A stretch of DNA of 64,000 bases. It comes from Phycisphaerae bacterium (GTDB lineage Bacteria; Planctomycetota; Phycisphaerae; UBA1845). Below are positions 1 through 10,800 of this stretch, in pieces (the stretch's first letter is position 1; the number at the start of each line of letters is the position of its first letter). Below the pieces are notes generated by a model. It ran no database searches. It saw only the letters and a list, made by a program, of their open reading frames with translations, and was not told the origin of the DNA. The DNA is taken from the NCBI GenBank assembly GCA_029260035.1, contig JAJDEA010000130.1:24985-88984 (forward strand), given 5' to 3'. The position numbers and the translations under genes are program-made.

Positions 1-171
1 GTTGGCGGAGAGCCACTCGGCGAAGAGCGACTTCATGAGGCGCTTTTGGACAACGATGCGTTTCAATCCGTCTCAGATATTGTCGCGAAGGCCGACCAAA
101 CGTGGACGAACCACTTGGGCGGAAGTCAACCTGACGATGATGCGCTGCTCGTTGTGGTAAGCCACGGCTAA
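1..171 (+). CDS. 3' end of a PP2C/SpoIIE-type Ser/Thr phosphatase (partial, truncated by window edge)
   Basis: Frame 1 reads VGGEPLGEERLHEALL...HLGGSQPDDDALLVVVSHG* (TAA 169-171), matching the SpoIIE C-terminal G.ERL...DD.(T/A)hhhh pattern. Confidence 0.65.
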   Translation, partial: VGGEPLGEERLHEALLDNDAFQSVSDIVAKADQTWTNHLGGSQPDDDALLVVVSHG

Positions 172-276
172 CCCGGCAACGATTCGGAACAGAATTACAG
201 CCTGAAGAGTTATACTGAGCGAACGGTTTTCCAATACCGCGGAACTACCAAAGCTGCATTAGCTGGACAGATAGTC

Positions 277-1959
277 ATGATCGCCGCAGAAGCCGCTGAA
301 CATCGAATCGTTTCCAAGCTGCTCAGTGAAGAGACCGTGACGCTTGTCGCCTTATCGACGCTTCGGCGCGAAGCGGAGTTAGCTGGCCTTCCACTGACCG
401 AGATACTGCTGGAACGCGATCTTATCAGCGATGCGGACACTGCGCAGATTTTCGCAGACCTAGCTGGATTGCGATTCCTGGACCTCTCTCGAAGAAATCC
501 ATCCCATGCCTGGGCGCTTACGCTTCCGGAAAACATCGCGCGACGCAAGCATTGCCTGCTCTTCGGTGAGGTATCGGGACAACTCGTGGCTGCGATTGCG
601 GATTCCGTTGACCCGAGCGTTCAAGCTGCCGTCACTTCGCGATTCGAAAGGCCCGTTCAATTTGTCGTCAGTCCGCGATATCAAATCACGGAAGCGATTA
701 ACGACATCTATGGCTCGGCGCGACAAAAGGGCGCCAGACTCCGGTCGCTTCCGCCCGTTTCTCAATCCGTCGAAACAACGTCCGACACGGGCCTGAATAT
801 GATCGAGCAGTTCGACAGCATCATCGATGAAGCTGTTGATCGAAGGGCCAGCGACATTCACCTGGAGCAGGAAGATGATCGAATGCGCGTCCGCCTTCGT
901 ATCGACGGTCGACTCATCGAAGTACGAGCATATCCGCCCGAAACGGCAGCACCTTTACTTTCGCGAGTCAAAGTTCTCGCCACGATGGACATCACCGAAC
1001 GACGCCAACCCCAGGACGGTCGATTCAGCCATCGAAGTTTCGATCAGGAAATTGACGTACGAGTGGCGGTGATTCCAACTGACCGGGGTGAACGGGCGAC
1101 GCTTCGACTCTTGAGCCAGGATCGCTCGCGCCTCACGCTCGAACACTTGGGCATGGGTACTGAGATTCGTCAAGCCTTTGAGAGGCTGATCCATAGGCCT
1201 CATGGCATTATTCTTCTCACCGGGCCAACAGGAAGTGGCAAGTCAACGACACTATATGCGGCATTGCAATGTATTAACAGCGTCGATAAGCATATCATCA
1301 CAATCGAAGACCCTGTCGAATACCACATGGGCGGCATTAATCAGGTGGCGGTGGATGCTGAGTTCGGCGTCTCCTTTGCCGTCGCGCTGCGCAGTATTCT
1401 TCGTCATGACCCGGATGTGATTATGGTTGGCGAAATCCGCGATGAAGAAACCGCCCACCTCGCACTCGAAGCGTCGCTCACGGGGCACCTTGTATTTGCG
1501 ACGTTGCATACCAATTCAGCCGTCGGAGCGGTTACCAGGCTGCTCGACATGGGTTCGGAACCCTATCTTGTAGCCAGCGCGCTCATCGGGGTTATGGCTC
1601 AACGGCTCGTGCGAAAAATCTGCATCAACTGTAGAAGGCCTTACGAGCCAAACGAAACGGAACGGCGAATCATGGGCATCCCGCCGGATCGAACGGGTGC
1701 TGAGTTGTTTCGAGGGGCTGGCTGTTCGCGATGTCTGCGGAGCGGATACTACGATCGTGTAGGCGTTTACGAGTATGTTCCGTTTGACTCCAGCCTGTCA
1801 CAACTCGTGATGCAAAAAGCTGCGACGGAGGATATGGAAGCCCACGCCACCGAACATGGTGCAATCACACTCCGCGACGACGCCTACGGAAAAGTGCGAG
1901 AAGGGCTGACCACCCTGGAAGAGGCGCTCCGCGTCACAAGACTTGAAGGTATCGTGTAG
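277..1959 (+). CDS. gspE: Type II secretion/type IV pilus assembly ATPase (GspE/PulE/PilB family)
   Basis: ASDIHLE, RLRIDG, PQDGR, Walker A GPTGSGKST, TIEDPVE, Walker B DPDVIMVGEIRD, His box TGHLVFATLHTN, tetracysteine CINC/CSRC. Confidence 0.92.
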   Translation: MIAAEAAEHRIVSKLLSEETVTLVALSTLRREAELAGLPLTEILLERDLISDADTAQIFADLAGLRFLDLSRRNPSHAWALTLPENIARRKHCLLFGEVSGQLVAAIADSVDPSVQAAVTSRFERPVQFVVSPRYQITEAINDIYGSARQKGARLRSLPPVSQSVETTSDTGLNMIEQFDSIIDEAVDRRASDIHLEQEDDRMRVRLRIDGRLIEVRAYPPETAAPLLSRVKVLATMDITERRQPQDGRFSHRSFDQEIDVRVAVIPTDRGERATLRLLSQDRSRLTLEHLGMGTEIRQAFERLIHRPHGIILLTGPTGSGKSTTLYAALQCINSVDKHIITIEDPVEYHMGGINQVAVDAEFGVSFAVALRSILRHDPDVIMVGEIRDEETAHLALEASLTGHLVFATLHTNSAVGAVTRLLDMGSEPYLVASALIGVMAQRLVRKICINCRRPYEPNETERRIMGIPPDRTGAELFRGAGCSRCLRSGYYDRVGVYEYVPFDSSLSQLVMQKAATEDMEAHATEHGAITLRDDAYGKVREGLTTLEEALRVTRLEGIV

Positions 1960-2156
1960 GCGAAGCGAAGCCGATTCGCTTTGGCCGTGCGGTAGTCGTT
2001 CGATTTGCTGGGGCACTGCCCGCTCGATTTGCTTCAACACTGGCCTGATATGATCCTGCAAAGGAAAATCGCGATCAAATATCGCGAACTTTCGCGCATC
2101 CATCGCCTGAAGGCTGGGGTCGTTCAAAAAAAAATAAAATTGTGGGTATTGGGGGG

Positions 2157-2185
2157 TTGCACAGTACACCTTCACTGGGCATATT
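2157..2185 (+). promoter_or_regulatory. Putative sigma70-type promoter for the DUF47 gene
   Basis: TTGCAC-17 nt-CATATT preceded by an A-tract (2126-2140) resembling an UP element; about 50 nt upstream of ATG 2235. Confidence 0.35.
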
Positions 2186-2234
2186 GCTCGCGCTTGGCAC
2201 GGAACAAGAACGAGTTGCCACGGAGATTAGGCCT

Positions 2235-2906
2235 ATGTCAGACATCAAAGAGTTGTTTCGCGAGTCGCCATTCGAGCCTCTTCGCTACCATATGAAATCC
2301 GTAATGGACTGCGTCAAACTCGTCCATCCCATGTTTGAAGCGGTGAGGGATGGTGCGCACGATAAAATGCAGGAACTCGCCAAGAAAACGTTCAAGGCGG
2401 AACATCAGGCGGACCTCATTAAGGACGAGATTCGCCAGACCATTCCGAAGCGTTTCTTTCTGCCCGTGTATCGCGGGGATTTGCTGGGATACGTCAAGCT
2501 GCAGGACGACATGGCGGACTCCGTTGAAGACCTTGCGGTCCTTCTTACGATCAAGAAATTATCGTTACCTGCACCGCTGGTCGATTCGGTTTTTGCCTAT
2601 CTCGACAAGGTGCAGGAAGTTTGCGACAAGGCATTGGCCATCACAAACTACCTTCCCACGCTCGTCCAAGGTGACATGGCTGGGACGGAAGCGGAACACG
2701 CACTCGAAATGGTCGCGAACCTGGAAAAAGGCGAGTGGGAAGCTGACCGCCTTCAATACACGTTGTCTCAGTTGCTTTTTTCACATGAAGACCACATGAA
2801 ACCTACGGACCTGTTCCTTTGGTTCCGCATTTTCGGCGAACTCGGCCAACTTGCCAACCATGCAGAAAAAACCGGCGATCGACTGCGTCGAATGCTGTCA
2901 ACGTAA
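2235..2906 (+). CDS. DUF47/TIGR00153 phosphate transport regulator (PhoU-like)
   Basis: LFRESPFEPLRYHM, EHQADLIK..IR, FFLPVYRGDLL, EWEAD, GQLANHAEKTGDRL; adjacent to PiT; ATG 2235 follows GGAG. Confidence 0.88.
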   Translation: MSDIKELFRESPFEPLRYHMKSVMDCVKLVHPMFEAVRDGAHDKMQELAKKTFKAEHQADLIKDEIRQTIPKRFFLPVYRGDLLGYVKLQDDMADSVEDLAVLLTIKKLSLPAPLVDSVFAYLDKVQEVCDKALAITNYLPTLVQGDMAGTEAEHALEMVANLEKGEWEADRLQYTLSQLLFSHEDHMKPTDLFLWFRIFGELGQLANHAEKTGDRLRRMLST

Positions 2907-2920
2907 TGTCTTAAACTGGC

Positions 2921-2945
2921 GGGAGATGCGGCGCGCTCTCCCTTT
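2921..2945 (+). terminator. Possible weak intrinsic terminator after the DUF47 gene
   Basis: GGGAGA-10 nt-TCTCCC stem followed by TTT, 15 nt after the stop codon. Confidence 0.3.
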
Positions 2946-3188
2946 GCCATCGAAATAGCTCAACCAATGAGGCTGGCCAAGAACTATTTTCATGCATGCC
3001 AAACAAGGGCAGAGTTCGGATTTGACACATCCTGCTCGTTCAGAAACTTCCTATTGACCATTTTCTACTTTGGCTTAGGTGAAACAAACATCGTGTGCAG
3101 GTTCTTTCTTTCTGGATCCGCCCAAGAACGGTTCTTTTTCGATAGATCGTCTCGAAAAATCGAGGCACCATTAACGAGAATTTCATAG

Positions 3189-4760
3189 ATGGACTTCCTT
3201 CAAAACCTCAGCGACTTCCATTGGGTTTGTCTGATAATCGCAGTAACGCTATTGCTTTGGGATTCCATCGAAGTAGGTCGCAATGACGCAGCCAACCTCG
3301 TTAACGCCGTGTTTGGTGCGCGCGTCATGCCAAGACGAACAGCCATATTCATAGCTGGTCTTGCTGTCATAGCTGGCGCGGTGTTGAGTTCGAGTGTCAT
3401 TGATACGGCGCGAAAGGGAATCTTTGACCCAATGGGGTTAGGTTCCCTAAACGCCGCCCTGGCGATTTACATTTCGGTGTACATTGTCGACACCGTATTG
3501 CTGTACGGTTATTCCGCCTTCGGCATGCCTGTAAGCACGACAGCCTGCTTGGTGTTCGAGTTGCTCGGCGCCGCCCTGGCGATCCAATCGGAAACAGTCC
3601 ATTGGAACAAAATGGGAATCGTCGTAGCCGGGATTTTTTGTTCGATCGCACTTTCCGGCACTGCAGCGTTTATTATCCAACGAGCTGCACGGGGCGCAAT
3701 TCGCGATCGAACCAGCCAGCTACCCACCATGCTGCTCCACGGTGGCTGGCTCGGCGGAGGCTTGGCAGCTGCGCTTTGCTATTTCCTAATGCTCAAAGGA
3801 ATGAAACACGTTTCCTGGATCAAACAGTTCAAAGCATACCTTGCGAACCTCGGAGGCGAGGAGAATGCGGGCATCGCAACCGCCTTGCTGCTCATCTTGC
3901 TTTGGGCCGGTTTTGCCATTCTTATTCACATACTTCTTGTCATTTATCGCAAGAAAGCCGCGAAACTTTTGTTCCCGGTTCTCGCCGTACTCGGCATGAT
4001 TGCCATGGCATTCGCGTTTGGACAAAACGATTTGGCTAACTGCGCATCTCCCGGCTTATCTGCAATCGCACTGCTACGGGCGCAGGATCTTGAGATTGGA
4101 ACCAAAGTAGACATACCAAGTTGGATGCTGCTTGGCTGCGGAATTCTTCTTTTCATCGGCATGACAACGAAAAACGCTGAGCGGGTCACTAAAGCCGCGG
4201 TCGCTACCGGTAGCATGGGCGATCACGTTGCTCTTTGGGCACCGCGGTGGTGCGTGAACGTTGCGGAAAAACTGCTCCGGTTTCGTGGCAAGGAACCCGC
4301 ACTCGCCCCGCGAGCCAAAATCACGTCCGCTGGGAAAACGGTTCATTACGACGCTTTACGGGCCTGCGTCATCATGTCCGTTTCCGCGTGCGTCATTGCC
4401 ACCGCAAGCAGCTTGAGCTTGCCAGTTTCCACGACCTACGTCGCCTTTGCGGCTGTCGTTGCCACGGGTTTGGCTGATAGGATTTTCCAGCGAGGCGATG
4501 CCGAGCTGAAACTTGGTCGAGCCATCTGGGTTGTCACGAGCTGGGTTCTTTCGGCGATTATAGCTGCAGCGGCGACATTTATGGTCGCCAAGATGGTTCA
4601 CAACCTGGCGACAACTGGGATTGTCACATGCCTTGTCGCCAATTTCATTGTTCGGCGTTTTCTAAGAGGCCGAGCAGACGCGCAGGAACGTCGCGTCAGG
4701 GAAGAGGCGGACGAGCGTTTGCATCCAGAGCGATTCGCGTTGGAGTCGGAAGACGAATAA
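3189..4760 (+). CDS. Inorganic phosphate transporter, PiT/PHO4 family
   Basis: Two PiT signature variants (GRNDAAN, GQNDLAN), two PVSTT motifs, many TM helices; follows DUF47. Confidence 0.88.
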   Translation: MDFLQNLSDFHWVCLIIAVTLLLWDSIEVGRNDAANLVNAVFGARVMPRRTAIFIAGLAVIAGAVLSSSVIDTARKGIFDPMGLGSLNAALAIYISVYIVDTVLLYGYSAFGMPVSTTACLVFELLGAALAIQSETVHWNKMGIVVAGIFCSIALSGTAAFIIQRAARGAIRDRTSQLPTMLLHGGWLGGGLAAALCYFLMLKGMKHVSWIKQFKAYLANLGGEENAGIATALLLILLWAGFAILIHILLVIYRKKAAKLLFPVLAVLGMIAMAFAFGQNDLANCASPGLSAIALLRAQDLEIGTKVDIPSWMLLGCGILLFIGMTTKNAERVTKAAVATGSMGDHVALWAPRWCVNVAEKLLRFRGKEPALAPRAKITSAGKTVHYDALRACVIMSVSACVIATASSLSLPVSTTYVAFAAVVATGLADRIFQRGDAELKLGRAIWVVTSWVLSAIIAAAATFMVAKMVHNLATTGIVTCLVANFIVRRFLRGRADAQERRVREEADERLHPERFALESEDE

Positions 4761-4963
4761 TCACACGCACCGCTCGCTTCGATCATCGGTCAAAAGGCGC
4801 CAGGTTGAGACGGAGAGCTTCTACGCGTAAGATCAATCCGAAGGTGGAGATTTCCTCAATCAGAATATCGCTGTCTTCCTGTGACGGGCGAATCTCAATT
4901 TCTTGCGAAAGGTCTCTTTGAAAGAGCGAACCACAATACACTCCGTTCTAAAGAACTGAAATC

Positions 4964-6025
4964 ATGCGAAAAGAATCCTACGAGTTCCTCAAAAAGATAC
5001 AGGAAACGCCTTCGCCTTCGGGATTTGAACAACCCGTGCAGCGGATCGTCAGGCGGCGAATGAAGGCTTTCGCAGATGGTATCGAAACCGATGTGCACGG
5101 TAATGTCATTGTTTCGCTGAATCCGAAAGGCTCGCCTCGTGTTATGCTGGCTGGTCATTGCGATCAAATCGGAATGATGGTTCGATATATCAACGACGGA
5201 GGGTACATCTTTTTTTCGCAAATCGGAGGAATTGATCCCTCTGTGCTGCCGGGGTCACGCGTTGTCATTCATACGCAGCATGGCCCGGTGGATGGCATCA
5301 TCGGGCGAAGGCCTATTCATGTACTCAAGCCCGAGGAGCGCGGCGCCAAGACAGAGTTGCGAGAGCTATGGGTAGACATTGGCGCGAAGGATAAGAAGGA
5401 AGCTGAGCGCGTCGTCAGCGTCGGCGACGCCATTACCTTCCACCTTGCGATGACGCATCTGGCTGGCAATCTTGTTACATCGCCGGCGTTCGACAACAAG
5501 TGCGGAACGTTTATCGTTATGGAAGCGCTTCGTCTTTGTGCATCCAAAAAGATCAAATGCGCACTATTCGCCGTGAGCACGGTGCAGGAGGAAATCGGGC
5601 TACGCGGAGCGCGCACATCCTGCTTTGGGGTCGATCCGCAGGTCGGCATAGCTGTGGATGTAACCCACGCCACTGACTATCCCGACATCGACAAGCGAAC
5701 TCACGGCGATGTAAAACTTGGCATGGGGCCAACGATCCCTCGAGGTCCGAATATCAACCCTGTGTTGGAAGAGCTGATTATTAAAACCGCCAAGGCGAAG
5801 CGCATTCCAATACAACGCGAGGCAGCGCCCTCCGGCACACCCACGGACGCGAACGTCATCCAGTTAACGCGGTCAGGCGTCGCGACAGCACTCATTGGAA
5901 CACCGAACCGCTACATGCACACGCAGGTTGAGGTGGTGAGCTTGCAGGATTTGGAAAACTCCGCAAAACTGATTGCGGAAACGGTTACGAAGATAAGCCA
6001 ACGAACAAACTTCATTCCCAAATGA
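4964..6025 (+). CDS. M42 family metallo-aminopeptidase
   Basis: SPSGFE, MLAGHCDQIG, IGGID, FDNKCG, VQEEIGLRGA, AVDVTHA, TDA, RYMHT motifs. Confidence 0.92.
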   Translation: MRKESYEFLKKIQETPSPSGFEQPVQRIVRRRMKAFADGIETDVHGNVIVSLNPKGSPRVMLAGHCDQIGMMVRYINDGGYIFFSQIGGIDPSVLPGSRVVIHTQHGPVDGIIGRRPIHVLKPEERGAKTELRELWVDIGAKDKKEAERVVSVGDAITFHLAMTHLAGNLVTSPAFDNKCGTFIVMEALRLCASKKIKCALFAVSTVQEEIGLRGARTSCFGVDPQVGIAVDVTHATDYPDIDKRTHGDVKLGMGPTIPRGPNINPVLEELIIKTAKAKRIPIQREAAPSGTPTDANVIQLTRSGVATALIGTPNRYMHTQVEVVSLQDLENSAKLIAETVTKISQRTNFIPK

Positions 6026-7827
6026 ACCAAGCCCAACAACCGGACAACAAGCCAACTGGCACTAAGGATTCCTCCGAACCAAGCATTCCACCCCTTGCAC
6101 AAACTGTCGAAAACGAATCACTTGATCGTCTTATGGAAACTTTTTCCAGCGCTGCGATGGGAACGCTTTTCCTGTGTGATCTTGAAGGCGATATTTTGAC
6201 AAATTCCCCTTGGGATGGCGAAGTCTCGGCTCTACTCGTTTCAACATCGAAAGGGCGAAAAGAATTTCTTGCAGCCGTCCGTCGAGCGGCAACCCAAGAA
6301 CTCAACGATGCCAAGGTACAGAAACCGACCTGGCTGGAACTGCGGACGGCTCTCATTATGCACGAGTCCTCCCCCATCGGCGTAGTCATTTTCGCCCGCG
6401 AAAAGAACGATGAACTGAAAGCGTGTACGCAAAGACTCTCAGAATCACTTGGCATTGACGAAGCCGCCATGCTACATGCGATTGATCGTGATTCCAAAGA
6501 ATCCACCCAAGACACGCCCGCCGTTGAATTCCTGCTCGAAGCATGTGCCAAATCGATAGCAGTGGTCTATGCACAAGCCATTCGCGGAAGGCAGCAAATG
6601 GTGGACCTCCACGTCGTGCATACGCTTGCGGATATGCTCTCGGGAACACTTGATCTTCAGGAAGTCCTGGATACGACCGTCCGCCGAGTGGTAACGGTGA
6701 TGGACGTGAAAGCGTGCGGCATTCGGCTATTGAACGAGGAGACCGGCGAACTGGTCATTAAGGCGGTCTACAACCTTTCGTCAGAGTATCTCGACAAAGG
6801 TCCGGTCATGCTCGCTGACAATATTATTGATGCAACCGCATTCGCGGGCGAGTCCGTGTTCGTCGAAGATGCTCCGAACGACCCGCGTATCCGCTATCCG
6901 GAGAATGCCCGCCGGGAAGGAATCGTAAGCGGCTTGTGCCTCCCCATGACCTATCGAGGTCAGACCGTGGGCGTACTCCGCGTCTATACGGGCAAACGTC
7001 ATCTGTTCAATGAATCCGAAGAAACGCTCTTGAGATCGATTGGTTCTCAGGCAGCGTCGGCGGTCATCAACGCCAAGCTTCACGCCGAACAACAGACAGC
7101 AGACCGTGTACAGAGACAAGTCAAAGTTGCTGGCGAGATTCAAAAGAGGACGCTTCCTGAGGTCGTGCCGGGAATCAGTTCTCTCGATTTTGGTTGTGTC
7201 TACGTTCCGACACTCGATGTGAGCGGTGATTTTTACGATTTCATCGAGCTTGATCGAGGCCGCTGGGGCGTATGCGTTGCGGATGTCGTCGGGAAAGGTC
7301 TTCCTGCAGCACTCATGATGGCATCGGTGCGAGCAGCCGTGCGAGCCTTTGCTCAATCAGTGGCGGACATTAGCGCAGTCATGCAGTCGGTCAATCGACA
7401 TATGTGCCGCGAAACTCTCGTAAGCGAGTTTGCAACAGCGGTCTACGGCGTACTGACTCCGGACGGACGGACGTTTACTTACAGTAGCGGAGGGCACCCT
7501 CCCATCCTGGTACTCCGAGGAGACCATTTTATTGAGTTGTCAGCGGGAGGGACCGTCATAGGTCTCGACCCGTCGGAAGCCTTTGAATCTGAAACAATCA
7601 CCACAATACCGGGCGACATTTTCGTTATGTATACCGACGGGATCATCGAGGCCATGAATTTCGATGATGTGGAATATGGATTTCACCGATTACGAGCGTC
7701 AATCTGGCGGCATCGTCATCTCGATGCACAACAGCTCGCCAAGCAAATCCTGTGGGATGTTCGCCGGTTCGCGGGCTTGGCGGATCAGTCTGATGACATC
7801 ACAGCTGTCGTCTTCAAAGTCCGTTAG
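6022..7827 (+). CDS. Sensor phosphatase: N-terminal PocR-like region + GAF + PP2C/SpoIIE (RsbU-like)
   Basis: GAF (VEDAPNDPRI, GLCLPM, VGVLRVY); SpoIIE motifs VSGDFYD, ADVVGKGLPAA, GGHPP, YTDGIIEA, DDIT; ATGA overlap with the M42 gene. Confidence 0.88.
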   Translation: MNQAQQPDNKPTGTKDSSEPSIPPLAQTVENESLDRLMETFSSAAMGTLFLCDLEGDILTNSPWDGEVSALLVSTSKGRKEFLAAVRRAATQELNDAKVQKPTWLELRTALIMHESSPIGVVIFAREKNDELKACTQRLSESLGIDEAAMLHAIDRDSKESTQDTPAVEFLLEACAKSIAVVYAQAIRGRQQMVDLHVVHTLADMLSGTLDLQEVLDTTVRRVVTVMDVKACGIRLLNEETGELVIKAVYNLSSEYLDKGPVMLADNIIDATAFAGESVFVEDAPNDPRIRYPENARREGIVSGLCLPMTYRGQTVGVLRVYTGKRHLFNESEETLLRSIGSQAASAVINAKLHAEQQTADRVQRQVKVAGEIQKRTLPEVVPGISSLDFGCVYVPTLDVSGDFYDFIELDRGRWGVCVADVVGKGLPAALMMASVRAAVRAFAQSVADISAVMQSVNRHMCRETLVSEFATAVYGVLTPDGRTFTYSSGGHPPILVLRGDHFIELSAGGTVIGLDPSEAFESETITTIPGDIFVMYTDGIIEAMNFDDVEYGFHRLRASIWRHRHLDAQQLAKQILWDVRRFAGLADQSDDITAVVFKVR

Positions 7828-10800
7828 AAGTAGATGTATCCTTCCGCTCGGCTGAGCGGGGTGCAGGAATCCTCCCCGGAACAAATCGCGTGTTATACTC
7901 AAGTCGCCAATCTTCCATATCGGAATCAGCGGGCATGGTTGAAATCGTAGCATTCCAACTTGGTAATGGCTCAACGCTGTCGCCAGTAACCACATTGTGG
8001 TCTTGATCCTTATCCCAGCCTACAGAATAGAAAAAGAGGGTGCGCTTTCGACCGACAGAAACCGGCGGAAGCTCATCCGCCCTGAACCGGAGGGTGAGCG
8101 CATCGCCACCGTTGAGAATAGCCAGCTTGTTGTCTTGGGAATCAATCAACGGCAATACATCTCCAAACCGCGTACACCACCCCTGCGGCGTCGTGCGCCA
8201 AGGGGGTGTCATGGAAACTTGCTCGTACTTCGGCGTATGGGGATGCCCTGGCTTCCATTGCTCAATTCTTGAATAGCCCCGATGATACAGATCAGCATGA
8301 CCGAGCGGCAGCTCATGGAATGTCACGGCGGAGCGATCGACCTTTTCAAAAAGAGCGATCCGATCCCAGCGAATTTCAAAGGTCGTTGTAAGCCTCAGCG
8401 ATTGCGTATGCTCTGGCAGCTTGCCGGTAAGATCGCACAAGATGGTTTTCGTTTTGCCTGCAGGCATCCCAACGACAACATCCAAAGGTTGCCAGTCACC
8501 ATCTGCGGTCTTAGCTTCCAACTTGGGAGGAATGACTTCAAGTTTGGAATTTTGCGACATGCCGACATTCGTACTGGCATCGCCATATTGCAGCCAACCA
8601 GTGAGCGCAAGCACCAATGGTCGGCCTGATTCCAATGCGCCAAAGTCCAGCGTAAGCGACATAGGATGGCACATCCCTCGATAGGGCGACTTAAGCAACA
8701 ATCCCGGCGGTGCGAATTGCTGATCGATCGTCATCACGTCTGCCGTACGGTCCCTGCCATCACTCCCCATCGCACTGCTCAGAGCATTCGCCGGACGAAG
8801 CGCCCAAAGCTCGGAAGGCGGGAAAGGCGGAGCCATGATTTTGTCCGACGCGTGAATTTCCACATCCGAATCGTGTTCCGCAGCTACAACCTTAACGCGA
8901 TCAAGATAAAACACTTCGCGAAATTCGTCGGTTAGTTCGAGGATCAATTCTCCATCGACCATCGGAAATTCGTCGGCATCACCTATCCGAACAAATTCGT
9001 CCGGGTCAGCGGGAAGAAGTACATCGCGGGTCAGCGACAGTCCGATTGGAGCATTGCCCAAGATGTCCGTGATGAAACGAAAACGCTCGCCATCCCACGC
9101 ATAAAGGAACGGACAAGAGCCTGTCGGCACGTTTTTTTCAACAATCTCCAAAGGCAACGCAGTAACAGTTACGTTTATCAAATTGTCGACCACGCCATTT
9201 GTCCAGACGGTTCGGATCGAATCAAAATGCCGATGATCCCCAACGCCGATTTCCACAGGCAAACCCGTCACCGCCCGTGACAGCAAGAAGCCTGCATCTC
9301 TAAACTCAACCTGCACGCCGATGGCACTCGGATTCCCCTTCGTGGGAACCAGATGGACCTTCCATTGGCCTTGAGAATGACTGCCCTCGTTTGTCAACAG
9401 ATGAAGCGTGCCGTTACGGCTTAAGAGTAATAGATCGGTATCTCCGTCGTCATCCAAGTCTGCTGCTATCAGTTGAAGCAAAGGCGGGACTGAGCTACTC
9501 GAGAGCCCAAGCACTTGCGAAACATCCGCCCACTTGCCATCGCCCAGATTGCGCCAAACTTGAACAAACCCCTTCGATTGATCCACGGGGTCTGCCCCGG
9601 TCGCGACAAGATCGAGCCAGCCATCATTGTCAAAATCAAAAAGAGCCGCATCGGCTAACGGATCCACTTTTCCAATAACATCTCGACCCCCGTCGGGGCC
9701 GCCACGCATCACAACAATCGACTCATTACCGATGAGAATCGTATCGAGATGACCGTCGTTGTTGACGTCGTTGATGAGAATTCTCTCGGCTGCGGGCCAG
9801 GGACCAGGAGGTTCCGGCATAGGCTCGAATCGTCCCGCGCGCTTGTTTTCGATTACGCGAGATTCACTCTTCCCCATCGCTAGAACAAAATCGATACCAA
9901 CGTTGGCATCAAGATCACCCACTGCTACATCTACGACACCTTCAATATTTTTCAGTCCAACTTGCTCCAAAACCTGAGCGAAGGTTCCATCACCATTGTT
10001 TTGCCAGAGGGCCAACTGGCGAGTGTCCGCCAGAATCAAATCCAAGTCGCCATCATGTTCATAATCAATCCACCGAGCCACTTGCGCTTTTTCACCCGCA
10101 AGGCCCGACGCCTGAGTAACGTCTTCAAAACTTTTGTCAGAACGCTGTCTCATCAGCCGAAGACCATCCGATCCGATCAACAGCGCATCACTCAGCGCAT
10201 GCACCTTTGGATCATACTTAACGCCTTCAGGCACTACGTTATGGAAATCGCACACAACGATTCTCATCATTCGGCCGATACTCTGAATCGGCTCGCTCGT
10301 CCACACTCGTTGAAACGGTCCATTTTCAGATCGTTTCGCCGTCTGCAAAACGCCATCCGATGTAACAAGGGCCAGCGTATATTGCCCTGCAGGGTCTTGA
10401 TTCAAAATGACTATCGATGAGACGTCTGAATCAACCAAGTTGCCCAACAAGTTTGAGGTATCGGCAGCGAACCGAACATCCAACTCGGGCGATTCCGGTC
10501 GCACCGTTTTCCCAGCCGGTGGTGCTGATTCGGGAACGGTATGCCTGCAAAGCTCCAACGCGTCGGCGGATCGGGTCTCGTTTCCAAAAACCTTACGAAG
10601 TCTCATGAATTCAAAGTTGCGTCGCTCGAACTCCTCGCGATCTCCATCTTTTCGCGCATAAGTTGCAAGTGAATACTGGGCGCTGGCGTGAAGTGGATCG
10701 AGGCGCGTCGTCTCACGAAGTTGCACTTTCGCTTTCTCATGTTCGCCAAGAGCCTGGTATGAACGAGCGAGTTGAAAACGCACAGCGGCGGTCTGCGCGT

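Noticed and set aside
1960-3188. Pho boxes upstream of DUF47 and PiT; TCGCG triplet at 2068-2098
   Set aside because: No CTGTCAT-type 11-bp direct repeats; the TCGCG spacing is irregular and the motif is common at this GC content
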